Positions 20,020-29,359 of a DNA stretch of 58,570 nucleotides are shown here, piece by piece. The notes beneath the pieces are model-generated. The model was given only the letters and a program-made list of their open reading frames with translations, had not been told where the DNA came from and ran no database searches. Position 1 is the first letter of the stretch. Each line of letters begins with the position of its first letter. The DNA comes from Bacteroidota bacterium (GTDB taxonomy: Bacteria; Bacteroidota; Bacteroidia; UKL13-3), in contig JAIYDG010000525.1 in assembly GCA_027487625.1 (NCBI GenBank), positions 1-58,570 on the forward strand, given 5' to 3'. Position numbers and translations under genes: made by a program.

Positions 20020-20538
20020 TTAAAATTTGCAGGAATTATCAGGAAAAATTAGGTCTTTGGTATCATATCCAAGTGATTGGGCTTTGTTAATTAGATTGTC
20101 AATTATCGATTGTTCAAGTAAGGGTTTTCTGCTTAAAATCCATAAATATTCTCTGCTAGGTTCACCAACAAGTGCATATTGGTAATTACTATCTAATTCT
20201 AATACTTGATAATCAGCATAAAAGGGGCCGAAGAAACTTACTTTTAATTTAGCAGGTTCATTCATATCAGGAATTTTAGCGGTTCCAGAAGCAATTTTAA
20301 ATTTAGAACCGTTATGGCCTTTGTTTAAAACATCAATTTTTCCATTCTCTTTTAATGTATAAGTAGCTGTAATGCATGATAAACCTTTTTCGAAAAAATT
20401 TGGCTTCCTAGCAATTTCAAACCAAGTTCCAAGGTATTTTTTGATATCAAGCTTCTCCACCACAGGTAATGGTTGATTTACTTTTGATTGGCAAGCGAAA
20501 AAAGTTCCAAGAATCACTGCTATTAAATATTTTCTCAT
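20020..20538 (-). CDS. blc: Bacterial lipocalin (Blc-like outer-membrane lipoprotein)
   Basis: 172 aa. Lipobox FFACQ, lipocalin motif YLGTWFEIARKPNFFEKG and a later YLWILSR block. Confidence 0.85.
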   Translation of the reverse strand: MRKYLIAVILGTFFACQSKVNQPLPVVEKLDIKKYLGTWFEIARKPNFFEKGLSCITATYTLKENGKIDVLNKGHNGSKFKIASGTAKIPDMNEPAKLKVSFFGPFYADYQVLELDSNYQYALVGEPSREYLWILSRKPLLEQSIIDNLINKAQSLGYDTKDLIFPDNSCKF

Positions 20539-20630
20539 ACTAACCCAACAAGCACAAACTGAAAGGGTTTTGATTGTCAGATTTTAATTTTATTTAGCGC
20601 TTTTTATTCAAACTTTATTAAATTGTACTC

Positions 20631-23345
20631 ATGAAGAGTTTCGTCCGTTTCTTATTGGTTTATTTGTTGATTTCTGCATTTCAAATTGCCAAATCGCAGA
20701 ACATCAAAGAAGAAAGTATTTATTTTTTAATGACTACACGTTTTTTTTTTTTTTTTTTTACTAACAACAGGCCTTCAGAATGGTGTTCTTATTATCCAAA
20801 CTCAGGAAATAATGTTACCGATCCAAATGACGTAACCTGGAGAGGCGATTTTAAAGGCCTTGTTAAAAAGTTAGATTACATAAAAGACATGGGTTTTACT
20901 GCCATTTGGATAACTCCAATTGTGCAAAATAGAAGTCCTTTAGATTACCATGGTTACCATGCTTGGGATTTTACTAAAGTAGATCCACGTTTGGAATCGC
21001 CTGGTTACACTTTCAAAAACTTAATTGATTCAGCACATGCAAAGGGTTTAAAAATTTTTCTTGATGTAGTTCTTAACCATGCAGGAAGATTTGGAATAAA
21101 AGGTAAAGCTGAAATCAAGTACAATACAGATCCTAATCAGCCTTGGGGTAAGAAATCAAACGGACAAACTCTGCCTGATAATCCTAATTGGGTTTATGAT
21201 GGTATGACTCCCAATCCAGATGATGGAAAACTATGGAGCAGGGCCAATCTTGCTAAAATGCCAGCTCCTTACAATTCAAATTTGGCTGCACACAATTGGC
21301 CTTCCATGGAAAGTTATGTGAATACCAGCGATGCTCTTTGGTTTAATAAATCGGGAAATGGTTTTGCACAAGGTTTTGATGATACAACTAATTTATATTA
21401 TAGAGCATTAGCAGGAGATACGCCAGATTTATTGACATCTGGAGACAGCGTTCGAAATTATTTATTCAATGCCTATAAAACTTTTGTTGATATGGGTATA
21501 GATGGTATGCGTTTAGATGCTGTGAAACACATGCCTAAACGTGATGTATTGTATTTTGTAGATAGATTCAAGCAAATTAATCCCAATTTAATGGTGTTTG
21601 GAGAAGTAGCTCAGAAAAGGCACGAATTACATCAAATCGAACAAATCAATCCGCATTGGTATACTTGGAGAGGAAATACAGGATCTTCTGCAAATTCTGG
21701 AATAGCAGTTCTTGATTTTTTTGCAATGGGAACCTTTCATTTATTTGGAAAAGGAGAGGGCTTTTCGGGAGTTAAAGCAGCTTCAAGATATGACAATTTG
21801 TATGCCGATCCTGGCTCAAATGTGATGTTTTTGGATAACCATGATTTTGGTCCGAATAATGATTGGAATAGAAGGTACGATGGTAGTGCAGAAAACCTTG
21901 CAGCAGCTTTGAATTTTATGTTTACTTGGCGAGGATTACCTTGCGTTTATTATGGAACTGAGGTTCAGTTTATGAAGGGAGCATATGCTGATATTCATAG
22001 TGCCAACGATATCAATAATTCTATTGATTTAACTGGTAGAGCTTATTTTGGTTCACAGTTTGCGAATGCTCCAAACCATGTAATTTACAAACATATTAGA
22101 AAATTAAATGCTATGAGAAAAGCCATTCCTGCTTTGCAAAAAGGTACTTGGCGTTGGGATGGTTCGAATGCTGGAAATGCAGTTGGATTTGTAAGAAAGT
22201 TTGGCAGCAGTGAGTGTGCTGTTGGTTTAGCAAAAGATGGTTCAGCAAGCTTTAATTTCAGCGGTTTAACCAATGGTGTTTATAAAGATGCAGTTACTGG
22301 TAATACCATAACAGTTTCTAATGGCACTTTAAGTTTTACTGTTTCATCATCAAGTGCAGGTGTTTATGTGCTAAATGGTCCTGGTATCATTGGGGCTTTA
22401 GGTGAAGGATTTTTTCAATCGAATAGCAATGGAAATGGAGGAAATACTGGTGGAGGTGTAACTTACTCTCCTTTGAATCCAATAGCAGGACAATCTTTAA
22501 CTGTAACTTATAATGGAACATTGGCTAGCAATTCACAAATCGTAATGCACTATAGTTTCGACAATTGGACTGTAGGTGGAATCAACGATATCAACATGAC
22601 TAAACAAGGAAATGTTTGGGTTGCCACAGTTGCAGTTCCTTTAGTAGCTAAAATCAATTTTTCAGCAGCTTTTAATAACGGTAATGGTACTTGGGACAAT
22701 AACAATTCACAGGACTATAAAACCGCTCTTGCACAGCCTGATTTAATTGCACCAAGCTTGGTTTCGAGTTTGCCTGTTAATAATTCAACAAGTGTTATCA
22801 ATCAGCCAATATTAAAATTGAATTTCACTGAATCTATTAAATTAGGAACAGGTTTTATTTCTATTTATGAAAATAATTCCCTTAAAACTTCAATTGATGT
22901 ATCAAACCACCTAGGAAAAATAGTAGTGAATGGTAATTCAATTGAAATTCTTGGACAAAGTTTTGCTAATGCTGCTCAGGTTTATGTGCTCATTCCTTCT
23001 ACTTGTATTTTAGATTTAAGTGGGAATTCTTTTGCCGGTTTTACAAATCCACAGCAATGGAAATTTACGATTAGTTCAGCAAGTTCTTTAGATGAATTAG
23101 AAAAAAGTTCTTGGCTGGTTTTCCCAAATCCTGCAAGTGAATTGGTTTTTGTGAGAAACAGAGATATAAACAAAAGAATTAAAAATCTCAGAATATTTGA
23201 CATTACTGGCGCTGAAATTCGAATAACTCCTTATGGAAATGAAGAGGTTTTAAGTCTTGATTTATCAGGATTGGCTCAAGGAATTTATATTCTAGAAATT
23301 GAAAACTTTGAAGGAAAAATATTCAGAAAAGAATTGCTTCATTAA
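20631..23345 (+). CDS. Secreted GH13 alpha-amylase family enzyme with CBM25-like and Ig-like domains and a T9SS C-terminal sorting domain
   Basis: 904 aa with a signal peptide. GH13 regions are GDFKGLVKKLDYIKDMGFTAIWITP, DVVLNHAG, GIDGMRLDAVKHM, MVFGEVAQ and FLDNHD. A starch-binding-like module ends in GTWDNNNSQDYK. An SbsA-type Ig-like segment follows. The T9SS CTD spans about 23110-23342 (FPNPASELVFV...GIYILEIEN). Confidence 0.9.
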   Translation: MKSFVRFLLVYLLISAFQIAKSQNIKEESIYFLMTTRFFFFFFTNNRPSEWCSYYPNSGNNVTDPNDVTWRGDFKGLVKKLDYIKDMGFTAIWITPIVQNRSPLDYHGYHAWDFTKVDPRLESPGYTFKNLIDSAHAKGLKIFLDVVLNHAGRFGIKGKAEIKYNTDPNQPWGKKSNGQTLPDNPNWVYDGMTPNPDDGKLWSRANLAKMPAPYNSNLAAHNWPSMESYVNTSDALWFNKSGNGFAQGFDDTTNLYYRALAGDTPDLLTSGDSVRNYLFNAYKTFVDMGIDGMRLDAVKHMPKRDVLYFVDRFKQINPNLMVFGEVAQKRHELHQIEQINPHWYTWRGNTGSSANSGIAVLDFFAMGTFHLFGKGEGFSGVKAASRYDNLYADPGSNVMFLDNHDFGPNNDWNRRYDGSAENLAAALNFMFTWRGLPCVYYGTEVQFMKGAYADIHSANDINNSIDLTGRAYFGSQFANAPNHVIYKHIRKLNAMRKAIPALQKGTWRWDGSNAGNAVGFVRKFGSSECAVGLAKDGSASFNFSGLTNGVYKDAVTGNTITVSNGTLSFTVSSSSAGVYVLNGPGIIGALGEGFFQSNSNGNGGNTGGGVTYSPLNPIAGQSLTVTYNGTLASNSQIVMHYSFDNWTVGGINDINMTKQGNVWVATVAVPLVAKINFSAAFNNGNGTWDNNNSQDYKTALAQPDLIAPSLVSSLPVNNSTSVINQPILKLNFTESIKLGTGFISIYENNSLKTSIDVSNHLGKIVVNGNSIEILGQSFANAAQVYVLIPSTCILDLSGNSFAGFTNPQQWKFTISSASSLDELEKSSWLVFPNPASELVFVRNRDINKRIKNLRIFDITGAEIRITPYGNEEVLSLDLSGLAQGIYILEIENFEGKIFRKELLH
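20741..20759 (+). repeat. T19 homopolymer inside the amylase CDS (currently in frame)
   Basis: Counted directly: cg + 19 T + act. It encodes R-FFFFFF-T at the position where GH13 enzymes normally carry the RF-x-DGD segment. Confidence 0.95.
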
Positions 23346-23363
23346 AGAGTTAAATTCAACAAA

Positions 23364-24416
23364 TTAATCTTTCCATTCAGCAATAAACAAGTTGGTATCT
23401 CTGGTACCGCCATTGTTTCTGTTTGAAGAGAAAATCAGCTTTTTTCCATCTGGAGAAAACATTGGAAATGCATTAAATAAGCTGTTATTAGTAATTCTTT
23501 CAAGGTTTGAACCATCTTCATTAATCATGAAGAGTTGAAAATCGTATCCTTTTGCAGAATGATGATTAGATGAAAAAATGATTTTCTTACCAGAAGGATG
23601 GTAAAACGGAGCCCAATTTGCTTTACCTAATGAAGTAATTTTTTTGAGTTCAGAACCATCAATGTTGCAAGTATAAATTTCCATATTGGTAGGAGCAACC
23701 AATCCTTTTGCTAATAATTCTTTGTAGTCTTTAATTTCTTCTTCTCCTGTTGGTCTTGAGGCTCTGAATACCAATTTTTTTCCATCAGGTGAAAAGAAAG
23801 CACCTCCATCATATCCAAGTCCGAAAGTAATTTGTTTCACATCAGAACCATCAATATTCATGGTGTACAAATCAAGGTCACCATTTCTTGTTGAAGTAAA
23901 TACAATTTTATCGCCTTTAGGGCTAACAGTTGCCTCAGCATCATAGCCTGGTTCTGTAGTTAATTGTTTGGCGATATTTCCTTTTTCATCACTAATAAAA
24001 ATATCAAATTCAGGATAAATTGCCCAAAGGTATCTTTTTGATGGTGGAGGGTCTGCCGGACATTCTTTTGCAGCTAAATGTGTTGATGCAAAAAGAATAT
24101 GTTTATTATCAGGCATATAATAAGAACAAGTAGTTCTTCCTAAGCCGGTTGAAATTAGAGGCGTTTTTCCTAAGCTATCTTTAATCGGATTTTTTAAATC
24201 CATCATAAAAATTTGGTCGCATTTAAGACCCCATTTTTTGTTATTACTTTGGAAGGTAATTTTTTTACTATCGAAGCTAAAATAAGCTTCAGCATTATCG
24301 CCTCCAAATGTAAGTTGCTTTAAGTTCTTAAGATGTGGTTCTTCCTGATTTGTTGAGTTCTGAGAAAAACTAAATAGGGGTAAGGCTACAATTATTCCGA
24401 GTAAAAACTTCTTCAT
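23364..24416 (-). CDS. Periplasmic PD40/TolB-like beta-propeller protein
   Basis: 350 aa with a signal peptide. Repeated PD40 motifs are VSPKGDKIVFTS, FSPDGKKLVFRAS, YHPSGKKIIFSSN and FSPDGKKLIFSSN. There is a 4-nt start/stop overlap with the upstream gene. Confidence 0.85.
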   Translation of the reverse strand: MKKFLLGIIVALPLFSFSQNSTNQEEPHLKNLKQLTFGGDNAEAYFSFDSKKITFQSNNKKWGLKCDQIFMMDLKNPIKDSLGKTPLISTGLGRTTCSYYMPDNKHILFASTHLAAKECPADPPPSKRYLWAIYPEFDIFISDEKGNIAKQLTTEPGYDAEATVSPKGDKIVFTSTRNGDLDLYTMNIDGSDVKQITFGLGYDGGAFFSPDGKKLVFRASRPTGEEEIKDYKELLAKGLVAPTNMEIYTCNIDGSELKKITSLGKANWAPFYHPSGKKIIFSSNHHSAKGYDFQLFMINEDGSNLERITNNSLFNAFPMFSPDGKKLIFSSNRNNGGTRDTNLFIAEWKD

Positions 24417-25438
24417 GGGTGAATTTCTGAAATCTCAAATTTAGGAGAACCTTTTAAACCATCAACAGAATAAAAATCAGTAAACCTTAATTTAAAGAAT
24501 TTTGGTTGAGGTTCTTTTGTTTTGATGATATAATTTACGTGATTTCTAGTTTTATATCTTCCATTTATGAAATCGTAATTTTTCCAGTCGAATCCAATAA
24601 TATCTCTTCTTGTATGAAAATCTAAATTGCTAATTTCTTTAAAACCAATGTTTTCATAATGTAGAGTGCTATCAACTGCAACAGAAATATTTTCATTATT
24701 TATGTAAATTCCTGTAACGGTATATAGCAGTGGAGGTTTGAATTCGTAATAAATCCAACGGTATCTCAGAAAACAAAACTGCCAGTCTTTTTTGTAAGGT
24801 TCAAAATCTAAAAATTTTGGATTACCTTCTCCAAAACTAAAATAGGTATTTTGTTTTAATGGGTTTTTCGGAACTTCAATTTGTTTAATGTTTTTTCCTT
24901 TGATATCACAGATTTCTATGAAATAGGAGTAAGGTGTTACTCCTAATATTTTAAATTGATAAAATCTATATGGATCTTGTTTTAGAATTCCTCTGTCAAT
25001 AACATAAACAGAATCCTTACTCATCATGTTTTTATCACACCAGCTTATTAAAGAAATTGAGTCACCACCGCTAGCCTCGTCCCATCTATAATGTAAATAT
25101 TCTGGATCATTTACTCTTTCAAACCTTGTTTTACCTGAATTAGCAATTAAAACACCAGCACCGCCATTCATGGTGATTCTAAATCCAAAAGATTTTGATT
25201 CAAAAGCTAAATCCCAATCGCTGCATTTAACTGAAGTTTTAAGTGGAATTGAATCAAAAATGTTTAAGAATACTTGTGACTCATAATTTTCACCCAAATC
25301 CAATTGAATTACCCTTAAATCTCCTGCAGGTTTTGGAGGAAGTTTAACAGGCTTTTCTGCTTTTTCACAGGCCAAAAAACTTGTTACCAGCAAAAGTAGA
25401 ATCAGTGGATTTGAATAATATGTAATTGGTCTTTTCAA
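24413..25438 (-). CDS. HmuY-like lipoprotein (putative ligand/haem-binding partner of the TonB-dependent receptor)
   Basis: 341 aa. Lipobox FLACEK. The HmuY-type block is SDWDLAFESKSFGFRITMNGGAGVLIA. It overlaps the receptor gene by 4 nt. Confidence 0.6.
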   Translation of the reverse strand: MKRPITYYSNPLILLLLVTSFLACEKAEKPVKLPPKPAGDLRVIQLDLGENYESQVFLNIFDSIPLKTSVKCSDWDLAFESKSFGFRITMNGGAGVLIANSGKTRFERVNDPEYLHYRWDEASGGDSISLISWCDKNMMSKDSVYVIDRGILKQDPYRFYQFKILGVTPYSYFIEICDIKGKNIKQIEVPKNPLKQNTYFSFGEGNPKFLDFEPYKKDWQFCFLRYRWIYYEFKPPLLYTVTGIYINNENISVAVDSTLHYENIGFKEISNLDFHTRRDIIGFDWKNYDFINGRYKTRNHVNYIIKTKEPQPKFFKLRFTDFYSVDGLKGSPKFEISEIHP

Positions 25439-27483
25439 GAATTCTGTTTGTTAAAATTAAAACGTAAGCTTACAAATATACTTCTTCCCATGCCCATCAT
25501 TGCAGAATTGCTCATTGAATTATGCGGTCCACTTGCAAAACTTGCATTTACGTTTTTTAAATTCGTTAAGTTTTTCAAACCACAACTTAATTGAATTTTC
25601 TGTTTTTTAAACGACTTTGTTGCACTGATATCGAAAATAGTATATGGATTCATATACGTTAGAATCGTCGAATTGGTTTCAGGAATAAACTGATAACTCT
25701 GGAATTTGCCATTAATTTTACAAAACAGGTTTAATGATAAATTTTCTTTGCAAAATGTATAAGTGAAATTAACACGACCTTCATTGTTAAAATAGAATTT
25801 ACTTTCAATAGTATTTTGGCCAAATTCGTTTTTATTACCCGTGTAGGCATACCCTAATGATACCGAATAATTGGGTCTTCTGTATTCTGTATTGATATTA
25901 AAGCCTATTCCTTTATAAGAGTTGAGGTTGAAATATTTAAATCCGGTATTATTACCAGCTCCAAACCGGGCTAAACCAATCATGTCTGAAATTTGGTTAT
26001 AAAATATAGATGGTTCAAATCTAAACACTCTATTTTCTGCTTTGTGGTCGAAGCAAAAGAATATTTGAGTATTGTGTGATTTTTCCGGAACTAAATCAAC
26101 ATTACCTTGAATATTGTGGTTTAAATCGGCAAATTGTAAAAACAATTCTTTCATACCCGGCGTTCTAAAACCCCTTCCATAACTTGCTCTGATTACAAAG
26201 TTTGAGTTGATATCATATTTTAAATTGAAGGATGGAATTAAAGGTGCTTTGTAAATTGTATGGTAGCTAACTCTAAATGCTGGTCTAATTACTAATCGTG
26301 GTGTTGCTTTTATTTCAAAACTCATAAAACCACTGTATTCTCCCATGTTTTTTGTTTCTGCTAATTTTGAACCTATAGCTAATTCATGATTCAATTCATA
26401 ACCTAATTGATAAGCTATTTTTGGTGTCAAAAATGTATTAGAATAGGTTCCTCTGCTCATCATATTATGGAAGCTAGTTGTGTCTTGTGCTTCTGCAGAT
26501 GGTATCACTTTTTCTTCCAGACTTACTAAATCTTTTAAATAAGATTGTAGCATACGCCTGTAAAAGTTATAAGATAATATTAAATTTAAGTTTCTCTTTT
26601 TTTCTGGTTTGAAATCAAAAAATACAGTTGAGCTATATCTATCAGTTAAAAAATATTTATCCTGAGCAGTTGCTTTGGTCCAGTCAATTTCAGCTTCACC
26701 TTTATTGGTCATTTTTTCTGTAAATGCAATATTGTTCCACCTAATTGTTCCTTTAGGAATTTTATAACTCAATTCGAAATTCCCATTATATTGAGTTCTT
26801 GGTTTCCATAATTTGGTTCTTGAATTTGGATCTTCTGAATAACCAGCAAAGAAGTTTCTTCCAAAACCAATTTGACTACTTAGTTTAGAGCCAGAAAATT
26901 TGGCTCCGGCATCGGCATTGTACTGCCCAATAGATTCATAATAAGTGCTAAGAAAAATTTGTCTTTCATTTTCTGTTGGCTTTTTAGTGATGATATTAAT
27001 TACACCACCCAAAGCATCTGTTCCAAAACTTACACTCATTGGTCCTTCTATAAGCTCAATACGTTCTATATTGTTCATATTGATTTGTGTCAAATCAATA
27101 TTCCCAGATTCACGACCGGTTACAGGAACACCATCAATAAGAATTTTAATATTATTACCTCCAACGCCTTGTAATTTTATACTTGAACCTAACATTGGGT
27201 CTTGTATAATTCTAACATTCAGCTCGTTTGATAAAACTTGTTGGAGGTTAAATGCACCTTGAGATTGAATTCTTTTGCTATCAATGATTTTTACTTTATA
27301 AACCGATTTGTTCAGACTAGTTTCTTCATATTGACCGGTTACAATAAGCTCATCGAGATTAAATCTTTTGTCTTTTGCAGTTTGTTTTGTTGGCTGAGCA
27401 TCGGTATTAAAGCACACAAAATTTGTAAGCATCACGAAAATGATACTTACAAATTCTGTTTTATATTTATATCCGAAAAACAA
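25435..27483 (-). CDS. TonB-dependent outer-membrane receptor
   Basis: 682 aa. Plug-domain motifs are DELIVTGQ and NIERIELIEGPMSVSFGTDALGGVINIITK, followed by a long beta-barrel. The start as given is TTG (complement of 27481-27483) and abuts the upstream stop. An alternative ATG 17 codons downstream would truncate the signal peptide. Confidence 0.9.
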   Translation of the reverse strand: MFFGYKYKTEFVSIIFVMLTNFVCFNTDAQPTKQTAKDKRFNLDELIVTGQYEETSLNKSVYKVKIIDSKRIQSQGAFNLQQVLSNELNVRIIQDPMLGSSIKLQGVGGNNIKILIDGVPVTGRESGNIDLTQINMNNIERIELIEGPMSVSFGTDALGGVINIITKKPTENERQIFLSTYYESIGQYNADAGAKFSGSKLSSQIGFGRNFFAGYSEDPNSRTKLWKPRTQYNGNFELSYKIPKGTIRWNNIAFTEKMTNKGEAEIDWTKATAQDKYFLTDRYSSTVFFDFKPEKKRNLNLILSYNFYRRMLQSYLKDLVSLEEKVIPSAEAQDTTSFHNMMSRGTYSNTFLTPKIAYQLGYELNHELAIGSKLAETKNMGEYSGFMSFEIKATPRLVIRPAFRVSYHTIYKAPLIPSFNLKYDINSNFVIRASYGRGFRTPGMKELFLQFADLNHNIQGNVDLVPEKSHNTQIFFCFDHKAENRVFRFEPSIFYNQISDMIGLARFGAGNNTGFKYFNLNSYKGIGFNINTEYRRPNYSVSLGYAYTGNKNEFGQNTIESKFYFNNEGRVNFTYTFCKENLSLNLFCKINGKFQSYQFIPETNSTILTYMNPYTIFDISATKSFKKQKIQLSCGLKNLTNLKNVNASFASGPHNSMSNSAMMGMGRSIFVSLRFNFNKQNS

Positions 27484-28806
27484 TTAGTTTACTAATAATT
27501 TCGCAGTATAAACTGAGCCTTCTGCTTGTAAGTTAACAAAATATATTCCTGAATTTAATCCTGATAAGTCTAAATCAAAACCACTGGTTAAATTCATTGG
27601 GTTTGTTGTTTGATTTGAAATCACTTTTCCACTCATATCTGTAATTAAAATTTGTACAGATTGACTTGGGTTTTTCAATTCAAAGTTAATTGTAGTTAAA
27701 CCAGAACTTGGGTTAGGGAAAATATTTACAGAACTAAATGCTGAATTGAATTCTGAGTTTCCAATCGGCAACAATCTGTATTTTAAAAGATTGAAATTGA
27801 TAAATTGTTTAGTTGGATCTGAGAAATAGCCTGTAAACACCAATCTCGCATAGTTACCATCATTGGCCTTTTTAGTGAAATAAGCTAAACTATCTTTAAC
27901 AGGCCAAGCTCCAGGAGTTGTAGTAATTACTTTCCAATCCCAACCAATATTTGCAATTTTTGAATTAAAGTATAAACTATCATTAGCTCCTCCAATTTTT
28001 AGGGTATCAGCTCCTGGTGACATTATTTTGGCACTTTGCATCATTGGATGGTTTAACACTCCCATAACTGGATACATCAAAGTTTGACCAAATAATGTAA
28101 CAAGCGTTTTGTATTTGGTAAATAATAAATCCCAGCTATTTAAAGCTGGTTCTCTATCAATTACTTGTTTTGAAAATACATTATAGTAAGCAAATAATTT
28201 ATTGTTAAAGTTTGATTTATTGATTGTTACAGTATTGCTATCTGTTCCATTAATGTTAGAAATTGTGAATACCCATTGTGTATCATAAACAATTTTCGAT
28301 ATCATTAACTTTTTTAAAGATTTTGGTGCTGAAGGATTTGGAGAAGTAGTTATTGCCAATAACCAGATTTTGTTACCCAATACATCCCTGCTGTTCATAT
28401 CATATTGGCCCCAACCATAATCAAATGGGTTCGAAAGATTTCTTTGTTGGTTAAATGCGCCAATATCCCAGCTACTATCACTATTGAAGAAAGTTGGCCA
28501 GCTCATCCATTGCGCGGTATCAAAATCATTCCATTCGCTTGAAGTAAAAGACGATTTAAATAACTCAACACCTGAACCTTCATTAATTCTAATAGTTGCA
28601 GCTTGCATTGTTTTAAACGGAGGCTGAGCTTTTCTTGTTGCAAAAGCCAAATGCCAGTTGTTTGTTCTTACAGTATCTTTTGTTCCTTTTTCAATATTGT
28701 AATAAACATCTAATACATTTCTAGGTAGCATTGTAACACTATCAGAAATTTCTTGAGCATTTAAAAAGGTTGGTAGAATGAATAAGGCGAGTAATAATTT
28801 CTTCAT
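27484..28806 (-). CDS. HmuY-like domain protein with a T9SS C-terminal sorting domain
   Basis: I moved the start to MKKLLLALFILPTFLNAQE (ATG at complement of 28804-28806). HmuY-like blocks are NNWHLAFATRK...IRINEGSGVE and NSWDLLFTKYK. The T9SS CTD spans 27487-27732 (IFPNPSSGLTTINF...GIYFVNLQAEG). Confidence 0.6.
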   Translation of the reverse strand: MKKLLLALFILPTFLNAQEISDSVTMLPRNVLDVYYNIEKGTKDTVRTNNWHLAFATRKAQPPFKTMQAATIRINEGSGVELFKSSFTSSEWNDFDTAQWMSWPTFFNSDSSWDIGAFNQQRNLSNPFDYGWGQYDMNSRDVLGNKIWLLAITTSPNPSAPKSLKKLMISKIVYDTQWVFTISNINGTDSNTVTINKSNFNNKLFAYYNVFSKQVIDREPALNSWDLLFTKYKTLVTLFGQTLMYPVMGVLNHPMMQSAKIMSPGADTLKIGGANDSLYFNSKIANIGWDWKVITTTPGAWPVKDSLAYFTKKANDGNYARLVFTGYFSDPTKQFINFNLLKYRLLPIGNSEFNSAFSSVNIFPNPSSGLTTINFELKNPSQSVQILITDMSGKVISNQTTNPMNLTSGFDLDLSGLNSGIYFVNLQAEGSVYTAKLLVN

Positions 28807-28879
28807 TTGTTGATTTTTGTGGGTACAAAGAAAGTTGATAGGCGTTAGGCATAAAAATGACAAAGGTCATCTTGCTTCC

Positions 28880-28901
28880 TTATGACAAACTTATGACAAG
28901 C
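28880..28901. promoter_or_regulatory. Tandem 11-bp direct repeat TTATGACAA(A/G)C x2, with a third ATGACAA at 28857-28863, in the divergent promoter region
   Basis: Read directly from the sequence. On the minus strand one copy reads TAAGTTTG, which matches the Bacteroidetes -7 consensus TAnnTTTG. It lies about 80-95 nt upstream of the uptake-operon start. Confidence 0.35.
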
Positions 28902-28966
28902 TTTTCTAATGTTTGTTAGATTGGGTTTGAAACTACGGATTTTTTTGGTCTTTAGGCTTTTTCAAT

Positions 28967-28974
28967 TAGCTTTG
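28967..28974 (+). promoter_or_regulatory. Possible Bacteroidetes sigma-A -7 element (TAGCTTTG) for panD
   Basis: Matches TAnnTTTG and ends 35 nt upstream of the panD ATG. This is a motif match only. Confidence 0.3.
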
Positions 28975-29008
28975 TGCTTTAATAAGGCATAAGCCTTACC
29001 TATATAGT

Positions 29009-29359
29009 ATGCAAATACAGCTTTTAAAATCAAAAATTCATCGCGCTAAAGTAACGCAAACCGAACTCCATTATGTTGGAAGCATCACAATTGATGAAAA
29101 TCTTTTGGATGCAGCAAATATGATTGAATATGAAAAGGTTCAGGTTGTTAATATCAATAATGGTGAAAGAATCGAAACATATATAATAAAAGGTGAAAGA
29201 GGAAGCGGTACGATTTGTTTAAATGGGCCAGCTGCTAGAAAAGCGGCTACCGGAGACCATGTTATCATTATTTCTTATGGTTTGATGGAATTTGAAGAGG
29301 CAAAAAAATATACGCCAATTGCTATTTATCCCGACCACAACAACCAATTACCTGCTTGA
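29009..29359 (+). CDS. panD: Aspartate 1-decarboxylase
   Basis: 116 aa starting [29 protein letters not shown], including the G-S self-processing site, plus GERIETY and NGPAAR blocks. Confidence 0.96.
   Translation: MQIQLLKSKIHRAKVTQTELHYVGSITIDENLLDAANMIEYEKVQVVNINNGERIETYIIKGERGSGTICLNGPAARKAATGDHVIIISYGLMEFEEAKKYTPIAIYPDHNNQLPA

Noticed and set aside
28807-28863. Upstream start (MSFLCLTPINFLCTHKNQQ...) for the HmuY-like T9SS protein
   Set aside because: The internal Met gives a canonical signal peptide, MKKLLLALFILPTFLNAQE. The 19-aa extension would bury it.
28807-29008. Possible riboswitch (for example cobalamin) in the leader of the TonB-dependent receptor operon
   Set aside because: I found no B12-box-like GCCACTG element, or its complement, and no extended conserved stem architecture. 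Only short AT-rich hairpins and the ATGACAA repeats are present.
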